Shown piece by piece: positions 27,046 through 36,193 of a stretch of DNA of 64,000 nt. Below the pieces are notes generated by a model. The model did no database searches. It was not told the DNA's origin and saw only the letters and a program-made list of their open reading frames with translations. Made by a program: the position numbers and the translations under genes. This DNA is from Candidatus Latescibacterota bacterium (GTDB taxonomy: Bacteria; Krumholzibacteriota; Krumholzibacteriia; Krumholzibacteriales; Krumholzibacteriaceae), in assembly GCA_019038625.1 (NCBI GenBank), contig JAHOYU010000110.1, positions 6,209 to 70,208 of the forward strand, written 5' to 3'. Position 1 is the stretch's first letter. The number at the start of each line of letters is the position of its first letter.

Positions 27046-28187
27046 GGGAATCGATGGAAGTGAAGCTGCTCGACCTGGTTGCACAGTATGATAAGATCAG
27101 GAGTGAGATAGAAGCCGCGGTCCGTGACGTCATGGAATCCCAATATTTCATCATGGGGCCGAAAGTAGCCGAGTTCGAACGATCCGTGGCAACATATTGC
27201 AGCGTAGAATATGCCACTGGTGTGGCCTCGGGATCCGATGCCATCCTTCTGGCCCTTATGGCGCTTGATATCGGCCCCGGAGATGAAGTCATCACGACGC
27301 CTTACACCTTCTTTTCAACAGTCAGTTCGATAACGAGGCTTGGAGCCACACCGGTCATGGTCGATATCGATCCTGCCACATATAACATCTCGCCCGAGAA
27401 GATCGAAGATGCGATCACGTCCAGGACGAAGGCTGTCCTTGTCGTGCATCTGTTCGGTCAGCTGGCGGAGATGGAGAGGATCTGCGCGATGGCCGATTCA
27501 CGCGATATCCCGGTCATAGAGGACGCGTGCCAGTCGATCGGAGCGTCGTATAAGGGGAAGAAAGCAGGTGCTTTCGGACTGGGTGGTTGTTTCTCATTTT
27601 TTCCCTCCAAGAATCTCGGTGGCTTTGGGGATGGCGGGATGGTAGTGACTGGAGATAAGGATTTTGATTTGCGGCTGCGCCTTCTGCGCGGGCATGGAGC
27701 GAGGGAGAGGTACTATCATGACGAGGTCGGGATCAACAGCCGACTGGATGCGATACAGGCAGCGGTCCTCGAAGTCAAACTGAAATACCTGGATGAGTGG
27801 AGTGAGGGAAGGCGCAGGAACGCCGCTTATTATTCCGAAGGACTGGCCGATCTGCCGGGAATCTCCACTCCAGTGACTGCCGAGGGAAATGTCAGCATCT
27901 TCAATCAATATGTGATTCGGGCAAGAGATAGAGATTCGCTCAAATCGTTCCTTGTCTCGCAGAGTATCGGTTGTGAGATATACTATCCCGTACCACTTCA
28001 TATGCAGAAGTGTTTTTCTTTTCTGGGGCAGTCGAAGGGAGACCTGCCTGAAGCGGAAAAAGCCTCTGAACAGACTCTGGCTCTGCCTGTCTACACTGAA
28101 TTGGCAGAGCAGCAGCAGGATTTTGTCATAGATAAAATAAAAGAATTTTATGCGGACAGGGAAGTAGAGCCCCTGGCCAGCACTTAA
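27042..28187 (+). CDS. DegT/DnrJ/EryC1/StrS family PLP-dependent sugar aminotransferase.
   Basis: The N-terminus (LVAQYDKIRSEIEAAVRDVMESQYFIMGPKVAEFE) is typical of the family. The active-site region reads SFFPSKNLGGFGDGGMVVT. It overlaps the upstream GT4 gene by 4 nt. Confidence 0.9.
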   Translation: MRESMEVKLLDLVAQYDKIRSEIEAAVRDVMESQYFIMGPKVAEFERSVATYCSVEYATGVASGSDAILLALMALDIGPGDEVITTPYTFFSTVSSITRLGATPVMVDIDPATYNISPEKIEDAITSRTKAVLVVHLFGQLAEMERICAMADSRDIPVIEDACQSIGASYKGKKAGAFGLGGCFSFFPSKNLGGFGDGGMVVTGDKDFDLRLRLLRGHGARERYYHDEVGINSRLDAIQAAVLEVKLKYLDEWSEGRRRNAAYYSEGLADLPGISTPVTAEGNVSIFNQYVIRARDRDSLKSFLVSQSIGCEIYYPVPLHMQKCFSFLGQSKGDLPEAEKASEQTLALPVYTELAEQQQDFVIDKIKEFYADREVEPLAST

Positions 28188-28207
28188 CGAAGGAGAAAAG
28201 GCTTCCA

Positions 28208-29362
28208 TTGAAAGTAGTTTGTTTTTCGGAGATCCAGTGGCAGTACGTCAGGACTAGAAAGCAGCAGATCATCGGCCGCTTTCCGGCAGACTGGGAGATT
28301 CTTTTCCTGTCCAGCGTCGTTAAGGGTAAGAAGAACAATTTCAGGCCTGCCAGGGACGGTAATGTCACGCATGTCTGTATCCCCGCTTTGAAGAACTTTC
28401 CTCAAAAATTACTGAGGATTCTTTTTTCCTTTCCTCCTGCCAGGTTCCTGTGGAACATAATCCTGTTTCTCTGGGTTCATACCATACTTTCCATTACCGG
28501 TTTTTCCGGAGGAGCCCGGGTCTTTTTCGTCTCCAATATTTATTACGCGGCGGTGCTACCGCTATTCATGCGATCTTTCATCCTGTATGATTGCAACGAT
28601 GATCCTCTTGAATTTCCTGGCTCGCCCCCCTGGGCGGGGAAGTATTTCAGGAAACTCGTATCCATATCCGATGTCCTGGTCGCGGTAAGCAGGGGATTGG
28701 TAGAACGCCTTCATTCAATGGGAGTGAAGAATGTGAGCTATATTGGCAATGGTGTCGATTATGGACTTTTCAGGAAGGCGGCCGAACAAGGCATTCCTGA
28801 AGAGATGAAAAAATTCAATAGACCTGTTCTGGGATACTCTGGGGCGATAGCTCCGTGGTTCGATATGGAACTGCTCAATATGGTCGCGGAGTCTTTCCCG
28901 GAAGCATCGATAGTCTTGATGGGGCCACTTTTCGAACCGTTGCGCGAAAGACTCGAGAAGTTGATAGCCGAAAAGGGTAATGTTTTCTATGTTGGATCGA
29001 AACCATATGAACGACTGGGTGCCTATATCAATGCGCTTGATATCTGTATGATCCCGTTGCAGATGAACGAACTCATGCGTATGGCGGATCCCAACAAGAT
29101 ATATGAATACGCTGCCGTGGAAAAACCGATCGTTACATACAAATTCGCTCCCGAGATGGAAGAACTGGATGGGATGATATATCTGGCGGAAAGCCGGGTG
29201 GAATTTGTCGAGGGTATAAGGAAAGCGCTGAAAGAGGGGGCGGATTCTGCGAAGTTGCGTCAATTTGCGATGGCATGCAGCTGGCAATCACGTGCCGATG
29301 CTATGATCGCGTTGATCGAGAGAAGATGTGCTTCAGGAGACTACGGAGAGGAGTGTCGATGA
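28208..29362 (+). CDS. Glycosyltransferase (GT4-like, group 1).
   Basis: It starts with TTG after a GAAGGAGAAAAGG RBS. The composition is consistent with a GT-B fold. Its stop overlaps the start of the next gene (ATGA). Confidence 0.6.
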   Translation: MKVVCFSEIQWQYVRTRKQQIIGRFPADWEILFLSSVVKGKKNNFRPARDGNVTHVCIPALKNFPQKLLRILFSFPPARFLWNIILFLWVHTILSITGFSGGARVFFVSNIYYAAVLPLFMRSFILYDCNDDPLEFPGSPPWAGKYFRKLVSISDVLVAVSRGLVERLHSMGVKNVSYIGNGVDYGLFRKAAEQGIPEEMKKFNRPVLGYSGAIAPWFDMELLNMVAESFPEASIVLMGPLFEPLRERLEKLIAEKGNVFYVGSKPYERLGAYINALDICMIPLQMNELMRMADPNKIYEYAAVEKPIVTYKFAPEMEELDGMIYLAESRVEFVEGIRKALKEGADSAKLRQFAMACSWQSRADAMIALIERRCASGDYGEECR

Positions 29363-30576
29363 AACAGCTTGTGCAGTTAATAGCAGGGGTTATTCTTTTG
29401 TCTACCGTTTTGTCCGGATGTTCCGGCAGAGACGGGAATCAGGATCTTTACATCTTCGAGGAACTTGAGACTGCTTCTTCTCTCGAAGATCCGTCCGGCA
29501 GGGTGGAGAGATTGAAGATATTCGCAGCTAACAATCCTGATCATCCAGCAAGATCAATAGCCTATTCAAGGATATTTGAGACTATGGTCGTCGACATGAA
29601 CGACGAAGACGGGTCTTTGGTATGGTTCGGTCAGGTAATGGAAAAGGAGAAGGAACCTTTTATCCGAGGCGACCTTCTATACAGGAAATTCGCCTTTCTG
29701 TGGGAAAAAGACAAAGAATCCGCGATTCTACTGGCCGAGCAGATACTGGCCGGGTCAGAGAGCGATTACCGTCTGCATCTGTACCTTTGTTACTATCTGA
29801 TGAGTGAGGAATCCAGCGATAAGTTAACAGAAAAGCTGTTCGAGAAACTGCAGGGATTGACCAGCAACGAATATAAATTAAAACACGCAAGATCAGTTTA
29901 TGGTGAGTTCCTCTTTGACCGGAATAGAGAGGATGAGGGCGTGGCTGTTTTGGCCAAAGCGGGAGATTATCCTTTCGCCAACGAAAAACTGGCCACGTAT
30001 CTCTGGGAAAAGGATATGCGGAAGGAGGCCATCGAGTCTTATATCATGTTTGTCGCTGGAGCGCCTGGTGCGAGAGAGCATGTAAATGTTGACAGTCTGT
30101 ACAGCCTCGTTTATCCGGACAGTAAGGATCTCAATGATCGGATCTCGGCGATGAGGATAATCGATGAGGGTGTGCTTCCCGATATGGATTTTTCCGATTT
30201 GAACGGAATGACTCACAAACTGTCGGAATATCGGGGCGATATACTCATAATCAGTGCATGGAGCCCTACCTGACCGCCTTGTATTGCGGAGTTGCCGCAA
30301 CTGGAAGAATTGAAGAAGTCCGAAAGTGAAAAAGGTTTCAAGCTCCTGCTTATCGATTCCAAAGGCATGGTGAAACGCAGCAGGGAGATACTCGAGGAAA
30401 AGAAAGTGACGATCCCTCTGTTGATAGATTCGAGGTTCTATTCGAGGAATGTCCTTACGACTATGTATACTCCGACTACGATCGTCATCGACAGGGAAGG
30501 CCGGTTGAGAGCACGTCTGGTCGGTGGTTCGAAAGATTTCGAGCAGGTTCTGATGGATATCGTCGAATCGTTGTGA
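29359..30576 (+). CDS. Candidate selenoprotein: a lipoprotein with a TlpA/redoxin-family thioredoxin-like domain containing an in-frame UGA (Sec) at 30271-30273 in a U-P-P-C redox motif.
   Basis: Two same-frame ORFs (29359-30273 and 30292-30576) are separated only by TGA. Read-through gives ...GDILIISAWSPT-U-PPCIAELPQLEELKK..., matching the redoxin consensus ([20 protein letters not shown]) with U at the first Cys. The downstream sequence has the rest of the fold (IPLLIDS..., PTTIVIDREGRL). A lipobox LSGC is present. A SECIS-like hairpin lies 10 nt downstream of the UGA. Confidence 0.6.
30284..30300 (+). promoter_or_regulatory. Candidate bacterial SECIS hairpin.
   Basis: A 6-bp stem (TTGCGG agttg CCGCAA) starts 10 nt after the UGA. 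The apical loop contains G-U 18-19 nt downstream of the UGA, within the range reported for bacterial SECIS elements. Confidence 0.45.
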
Positions 30577-30629
30577 TCATGCGGTTCAGGTTGGGAAATT
30601 CCGTCGACTGTTAAGATCGGAAATACTTA

Positions 30630-32270
30630 CTATATTTCGCAGGGGCTTCCCGCAAGGCTCTCCATCGAGCTCTTCATCTCCGAGATCGTCGATTTCAGCG
30701 CCGGATCGATATTCAGGGTCAACGCGTGATCAAGTGTGTTGATGGCATCGTTGATGTTGTTCAATCCGGAGGTCAGTAGTTTTGCCAGTGAGATCGAGGC
30801 TTTGGCGCTCAGGGTAGGAGACGCATTGATCTTAATGATCGAGCTGTATATGTCGTGAGCTTCACCATACCTGCCAGTGCTCTGCAGGTGTTTTCCGACC
30901 TTGAGCAGCAGCTGCGGGTTTACCGCCTTATCATTCTGAACACGGATCATATCCAGTGCCAGTTCGGTTGCTTCATCCATCCTGCTTTTGAGCAGCAGGC
31001 TCTTCAGTGTCAGCTGATTTATGGACAGAGAGTCATTTTCGATACCTGCTTCACGGTAGATCATAGCTATGTCACGGGCGAGATCGAAGTTTTCAGGGTT
31101 TTCACTGATAAGCTGGGAAAAGAGGATCTTTGCTCGTTCCACGCTGCCCTGTCGGATGCTGTCGCAGGCTTCGTCGAACCTCGGATCTTTTAATACTCCC
31201 TCCTGAACCTGTTTCTTTTTTACCAGGGGATCTATGATCTTTTCTTCCAGTCCCGTTGCTTGGAAAACGAGTGCCGTTACTATGCCGGCCAGGTATCCCA
31301 TTATATGAGCAAGGTAGGCTACGTTCGAACCCCCCACGAAATCGGACATCGATTTGAGGGCGACCTGTTGTATGAACCAGAAGGGAAGAAAGACGAACGC
31401 GGGGAGGTGAAAGGTCCCCCATAACGGCCGGAACAGGAACATGAAAAAATAGAAGAATTTGATCTTTGTCATAAAATGACGGACTGTAAATGCTCCCATC
31501 GCGGCAGCAATCGCTCCTGAAGCTCCGATGAGAGGCATCCCCGAGGAAGTATCCTGCAGGCTGTGAGCAAGACCGGCAAACATGCCCCCACATAGATAAA
31601 AGGCCAGGAACGGTCCGCGGCCCCAGGTGTCTTCGAGAAGGCATCCTACAACCCAGAGAAAGAGCATGTTACCGAGCAGATGCCAAATGTCTCCATGGAG
31701 AAAGAGATGAGTGATGAAGGTCCAGAACCTGTTCATATTTCTGGGAACCAGACCCAGGGCAAACGAAGGGATCCTGTTTAGGACACTTTCTTCCTTTTTC
31801 TGAATACTCTTCCATTCTGCGAGCAGTTCCTGTCTGACAGGCTCACCTTTGTAGAAAGACGCGTCGCGTTTGTACAGAGTATTTCCAAAATTTTCGAGAT
31901 CCTTAAAACAGGAATATGAATTTCCCATCGCTGTAAATATATTGGATTCCAGGTCGGCATAGTCGCTTGAACCAGCGATACCGTCCATCGCCATTTCCTG
32001 GAGATTGTCTATATACCCGTTTTCAAGATAGAACTCATCGTTTTCGAGAAGGAACAGGTGGACCTGTACATGGTAGATCTCCCGTTCGACTTTGAAGAGG
32101 TCGGCGTGGATATCGCCGCCGGTCATACTTGTCAGCATATGCACAACTATACAGATGACAATGAGTGAGATCGTGACCTTCGGTTTAAGGGCCAGAGTGC
32201 TTTTGGTGCCTACAGGTAAGATGATCAACTTCTTTGCCTCTCTGCAACAGATGAACGTGACATGTTGCAA
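30630..32270 (-). CDS. Rhomboid family intramembrane serine protease fused to a C-terminal TPR domain.
   Basis: Rhomboid catalytic motifs are present (GASGAIAAAMGAF with the Ser, and HLFLHGDIWHLLGNMLFLW with the His). Six or seven TM helices are predicted. The C-terminal roughly 170 aa are TPR-like. Confidence 0.85.
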   Translation of the reverse strand: MQHVTFICCREAKKLIILPVGTKSTLALKPKVTISLIVICIVVHMLTSMTGGDIHADLFKVEREIYHVQVHLFLLENDEFYLENGYIDNLQEMAMDGIAGSSDYADLESNIFTAMGNSYSCFKDLENFGNTLYKRDASFYKGEPVRQELLAEWKSIQKKEESVLNRIPSFALGLVPRNMNRFWTFITHLFLHGDIWHLLGNMLFLWVVGCLLEDTWGRGPFLAFYLCGGMFAGLAHSLQDTSSGMPLIGASGAIAAAMGAFTVRHFMTKIKFFYFFMFLFRPLWGTFHLPAFVFLPFWFIQQVALKSMSDFVGGSNVAYLAHIMGYLAGIVTALVFQATGLEEKIIDPLVKKKQVQEGVLKDPRFDEACDSIRQGSVERAKILFSQLISENPENFDLARDIAMIYREAGIENDSLSINQLTLKSLLLKSRMDEATELALDMIRVQNDKAVNPQLLLKVGKHLQSTGRYGEAHDIYSSIIKINASPTLSAKASISLAKLLTSGLNNINDAINTLDHALTLNIDPALKSTISEMKSSMESLAGSPCEI

Positions 32271-32458
32271 TATGAGAGAATACTATTTATAGTATCCCGG
32301 CCTTTCCATACGCCATATGCGTAACAGAACAAATGATACGCAGTTATCTCGATTGTTCGGCTTGTGACTTTAGTCATGACTGGAAATTGCAAGAAGAGTT
32401 CCATCGATCAGAGGTTTATCTGACGATAGATCGATTGGCCAGGATCTCCAACCAGGAG

Positions 32459-32486
32459 GACTTGCCGACAGGCTTGGCGGCAAGTC
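32459..32486. other. Stable hairpin in the intergenic region between the beta-CASP 3' end and the rhomboid 5' end.
   Basis: It is a 9-bp stem (GACTTGCCG acaggcttgg CGGCAAGTC). There is no T-tract, so it is not a classical terminator. Confidence 0.3.
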
Positions 32487-32504
32487 TCTGATACCTGTCA
32501 GTGG

Positions 32505-33902
32505 TCAAACAAGTTCTATCTCGTCCCCTGTCTCCGGGAGGAAGACAGGTAGCCCTTTGCTCTTGAGAAGGTCGTAGAGTTTCTGTGACTGGTCTTCCTC
32601 TCCGTGGACTATAAAGATCTTTTTTACCGAGCCTTTGAGAGGCAGAGCGTAGTTCAGAAGATCGTCCCGGTCGGCATGTGCGGAAAAGGAGTTCATTATT
32701 TCCACTTTTGCTCTCAGTGCCCGCTCTTCTCCGAAGATTTTCACCTTCTCATGCTTTTCTACGATTCTTCTGCCAAGGGTATTTTTTGCCATGTAACCGA
32801 TCACCATCACAGTGTTCTTCGGGTCGCCGATATTGTTTTTCAGATGATGGACTATACGGCCTGCTTCGCACATCCCCGAGGCTGATATGATTATCATCGG
32901 CCTGTTTTCCTGATTGAGGCTCTTTGATCTTTCCACATCCCTTATATATTCGATCCTGTTCGTTCCCAGCGGGTCCTGCCCAGAACGGAAAGCATCGTAC
33001 ATCTCCTCGTCATAGCACTCCGGGTGCCTGATGAAGACCTCTGTCACGTTCACTGCCAGGGGACTGTCCACGTAGATCGGGATGCTGGGGATCCTGTCTT
33101 CCTGAAGGAGCTGGTTGAGATAGTATGCTATCTCCTGTGTCCGCTCAAGCGCGAACGAGGGGATGATGACTTTACCACCTCTGTTGACAGTATCAGTTAT
33201 CACTTCAGCGAGACGGTTCTTGGTCGTGTCGACCGAATCATGGAGCCTTCCCCCGTAGGTGCTTTCCAGGAACAGATAGTCGATATCAGGTGGGGTCTCC
33301 GGATCGTTCAGGATCGGCATATCCTTTCTCCCGAGATCCACCGCATAGGCGACACGGATCGTCCGGCCATCCTTTTCGATCTCGATAAGGGGGTTCGCGG
33401 AGCCAAGGACATGGCCGGCGTCATAGAATGTCACAGAGATATCGTCGGTCACCCTGACCTTCTGTTCGTAGGGGTGGCCGGAAAAAAACTGAAGAGAGTC
33501 TTCAGCATCCTGACGCGTATAAATGGGATCTGCTGGAGGTAGTCCTTTCTTTTTGTGGACCTTGTTGACGTATTTGATACTTTCTTCCTGGATGTGTCCA
33601 CTGTCTGGAAGCATCTTCGAGCAGAGGTCCCTCGTAGCATCTGTGGTCACTATCCGTGAATCGAATCCCTGTTTGACCAGGTTAGGAATATTTCCGCTGT
33701 GATCTATATGAGCATGGGAGAGGATGCACGCGTCAAGTGTAGCGGGGTCGTACGGGAAAGTCGAGTTCTTGGAATAAAAATCTTTTCTGCGGCCCTGGAA
33801 GAGTCCACAGTCGATGATCACTTTTGATGATTCCGTTGTGATCAAGTGATTCGATCCTGTCACTTCCCTTACAGCACCGATAAAAGTTGTTTTGACGCTC
33901 AT
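32505..33902 (-). CDS. MBL-fold beta-CASP family ribonuclease/hydrolase.
   Basis: It carries the HxHxDH motif (SHAHIDHSGNIP) and has a beta-CASP-like C-terminal region. The start is taken at MSVKTTF (ATG 33902) after a GAAGGGAG RBS. Confidence 0.8.
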   Translation of the reverse strand: MSVKTTFIGAVREVTGSNHLITTESSKVIIDCGLFQGRRKDFYSKNSTFPYDPATLDACILSHAHIDHSGNIPNLVKQGFDSRIVTTDATRDLCSKMLPDSGHIQEESIKYVNKVHKKKGLPPADPIYTRQDAEDSLQFFSGHPYEQKVRVTDDISVTFYDAGHVLGSANPLIEIEKDGRTIRVAYAVDLGRKDMPILNDPETPPDIDYLFLESTYGGRLHDSVDTTKNRLAEVITDTVNRGGKVIIPSFALERTQEIAYYLNQLLQEDRIPSIPIYVDSPLAVNVTEVFIRHPECYDEEMYDAFRSGQDPLGTNRIEYIRDVERSKSLNQENRPMIIISASGMCEAGRIVHHLKNNIGDPKNTVMVIGYMAKNTLGRRIVEKHEKVKIFGEERALRAKVEIMNSFSAHADRDDLLNYALPLKGSVKKIFIVHGEEDQSQKLYDLLKSKGLPVFLPETGDEIELV

Positions 33903-34233
33903 CTTACTCCCTTCAGGTAAACTGCCCTCATAAGGGCAGCAGAGCAGGAAAATCGCAATAAGCAATAAAAACAGACAGTCTGATAAAACTCCATGACAGC
34001 ATTTCAGTTTTCCGCATTGAAAAAAACAGTTTGAAACATCCGTTGCTGACTGTTCCATCTGATTCTCGATCATTCCTCATGCGGACCTGTCAGGTGAGGA
34101 TATTACCATACAAAGGTCCCGCATTAAAGACCCTTCTCCGGTCAGTATTTATTGGAAGGGGTCTGCAACTGTTTATGGAACATGGATTGCTCCGATCCAT
34201 CACGGCAGCAGCTCATTCGCAAGGTGAGCGTAG

Positions 34234-36183
34234 ATGACATTTAGAATTATTTATTCCGCAGGAATAATTTGCATACTGACACCTGTTCTTCTCGTCCTTT
34301 CCACCGTGCCATCACAGGGAGCGTGGAACGAAACGGGACGCTCTGTATGTACCGCGACCGGTAACCAGTGGTATCCGACAATAGTCAGGGGAGACGCAGA
34401 TAACGCTCTCATGATATGGCAGGATTACCGCTCGGGCAGTGGCGACATTTATATACAGAAGATCGATGGAGGCGGTGACACGCAGTGGACTCCGAACGGG
34501 ATAGCTGTGTGTACGGAGCAAGCCGACAGGGAATTCTTCCGGCAGGCTGTTTCTGATGGATCGGGAGGAGCGATCCTCGCGTGGACGGATCATCGAGCCG
34601 GTCTCATCGACATCTTTGTCCAGAGGGTGGATAGCGGGGGAGTCCCCGTCTGGTCAGGCCCGGGTATCCAGGTATCCACAAGTTCAGGGAATGATTACTA
34701 CCCGGCAATCTGTCCCGATGGTCAGGGGGGTGTTCTGCTGGCATGGCAGAGAGGGCTCGATGAAACGAGTGTGATCAGGGTTCAGAAGGTGAATGGCTCT
34801 GGAGAATCACAATGGACATATGGTGGGATAGAACTGTCCGACGAGTCAGGACTATTTCTTCCGGTCATCGTCGATGACGGGAGTGGGGGCATGATCGCCA
34901 TGTGGGTAGCAGGGGATGCTTCGGCCGGCATAATAATGGCTCAGCGCATAAGTGCAGCCGGTCAGCGAATGTGGGGCCAGTCCGGAGTCGCTGTCTGTCC
35001 TCCGGGCGTTGCAAACAGTTTTCCGGTGATACTCGGGGATGCTGCGGGAGGGTGCATGGTCGTCTGGGAAGATCTTCGCAACGGCCAGAGGGACATTTAT
35101 TCTCAAAAACTGGACGGTAACGGCGACCTGCTCTGGGATCCGGAAGGAGTGCATGTTTCAGTCAGTGAAGGAGAAAAATGGTTTCCCCAGGCGGTCCGTA
35201 TCAATGATGGCGGTATAATCGTCGTCTGGGTGGACGCGAGAGATGATGACTCTGATCTTTACGCGCAGAGAATCGGGCCGGAAGGAGATCTTCTATGGTC
35301 TGCCGGAGGCAACCTGGTCTGCGGAGCTGTTGGGCATCAGCTGAATCCGAGGATGGAGATGAGTTCCGGGGGCGATATCATCGTCGTATGGCAGGACGGC
35401 CGCGGTGACGACTATGATATCTACGTTCAACGTGTCGATATTGCCGGCCTGATATTATGGGAAACCGGTGGTCAGGCCGTTGTCTCACTTCCGGATGATC
35501 AACGTATTCCCGAGATAATTACCGATGATGCCGGAGGGGCGCTTGTCACCTGGGAACAGTGGGACGGCGACTCTGACATCTATAGTCAGCGGATTGACAG
35601 AGAAGGACATTATCTGGCCACCTCGCTGGCCGGGTTTACAGCTGACTCTCGGAGTGACATGATAGAGATCGTCTGGACGATGAATGAAAGTGAGCCGGAA
35701 ATGGTGTTCACTATCTCCAGGCAGGCATCCGGAGAAACTATCTTCGGACTTCTCGATATCGGGCCGGAGGAATCTACGGAGGAGACTTTTATTGTCAGAG
35801 ACAGAGATATCGAGCCCGGTGTGGAATATAGATACAGGGTCTCGGTGACAGGGTCAGAAGGTTTAAAACTACTTTTCGAAACGGCGCCACTGAGTATCGG
35901 GGCGGGAGTGAATATCGTCCGTCAGAACTATCCGAATCCGTTTAATCCTGTTACGACCATAGCCTATGTACTGGCGGCGGACTTGAGCGTCGAGCTGACC
36001 GTATATGATGTGTCCGGACGACGGATAGCTGTCCTTGAGGAGGGGATTCAGCTGCGAGGAAACCATGAAGTCGTGTGGAATGGAACCGATATCAGAGGAA
36101 ACAGGGTTTCGTCCGGTGTCTATTTCTACAGGTTGAGAGCGGGGAAGGATCTGTTCACGAAAAAGATGGTGTTACTCAGATAG
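34234..36183 (+). CDS. Secreted beta-propeller-like repeat protein with a T9SS C-terminal sorting domain.
   Basis: It has a signal peptide. About 8-9 repeats follow of roughly 55 aa each (DIY.Q[KR][IV]D..G...W...G..V). The C-terminus (NIVRQNYPNPFNPVTTIAY...VYDVSGRRIAVL...GVYFYRLRAGKDLFTKKMVLLR) is a T9SS CTD. Confidence 0.8.
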   Translation: MTFRIIYSAGIICILTPVLLVLSTVPSQGAWNETGRSVCTATGNQWYPTIVRGDADNALMIWQDYRSGSGDIYIQKIDGGGDTQWTPNGIAVCTEQADREFFRQAVSDGSGGAILAWTDHRAGLIDIFVQRVDSGGVPVWSGPGIQVSTSSGNDYYPAICPDGQGGVLLAWQRGLDETSVIRVQKVNGSGESQWTYGGIELSDESGLFLPVIVDDGSGGMIAMWVAGDASAGIIMAQRISAAGQRMWGQSGVAVCPPGVANSFPVILGDAAGGCMVVWEDLRNGQRDIYSQKLDGNGDLLWDPEGVHVSVSEGEKWFPQAVRINDGGIIVVWVDARDDDSDLYAQRIGPEGDLLWSAGGNLVCGAVGHQLNPRMEMSSGGDIIVVWQDGRGDDYDIYVQRVDIAGLILWETGGQAVVSLPDDQRIPEIITDDAGGALVTWEQWDGDSDIYSQRIDREGHYLATSLAGFTADSRSDMIEIVWTMNESEPEMVFTISRQASGETIFGLLDIGPEESTEETFIVRDRDIEPGVEYRYRVSVTGSEGLKLLFETAPLSIGAGVNIVRQNYPNPFNPVTTIAYVLAADLSVELTVYDVSGRRIAVLEEGIQLRGNHEVVWNGTDIRGNRVSSGVYFYRLRAGKDLFTKKMVLLR

Positions 36184-36193
36184 TGACCGTTAC

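Noticed and set aside
25789-27084. A 431-aa ORF on the minus strand, overlapping the GT4 gene.
   Set aside because: The plus-strand frame shows clear GT4 glycosyltransferase motifs and is translationally coupled to the DegT gene. The antisense ORF has no recognisable motifs and a low-complexity, Arg/Pro-rich composition typical of shadow ORFs.
30271-30273. An alternative reading of the in-frame TGA as a simple nonsense mutation or pseudogene.
   Set aside because: It is not fully excluded. It is disfavoured because the stop coincides exactly with the catalytic Cys position of the CxxC motif. The downstream frame is intact for 94 codons with conserved fold motifs, and a SECIS-like hairpin follows at the expected distance.
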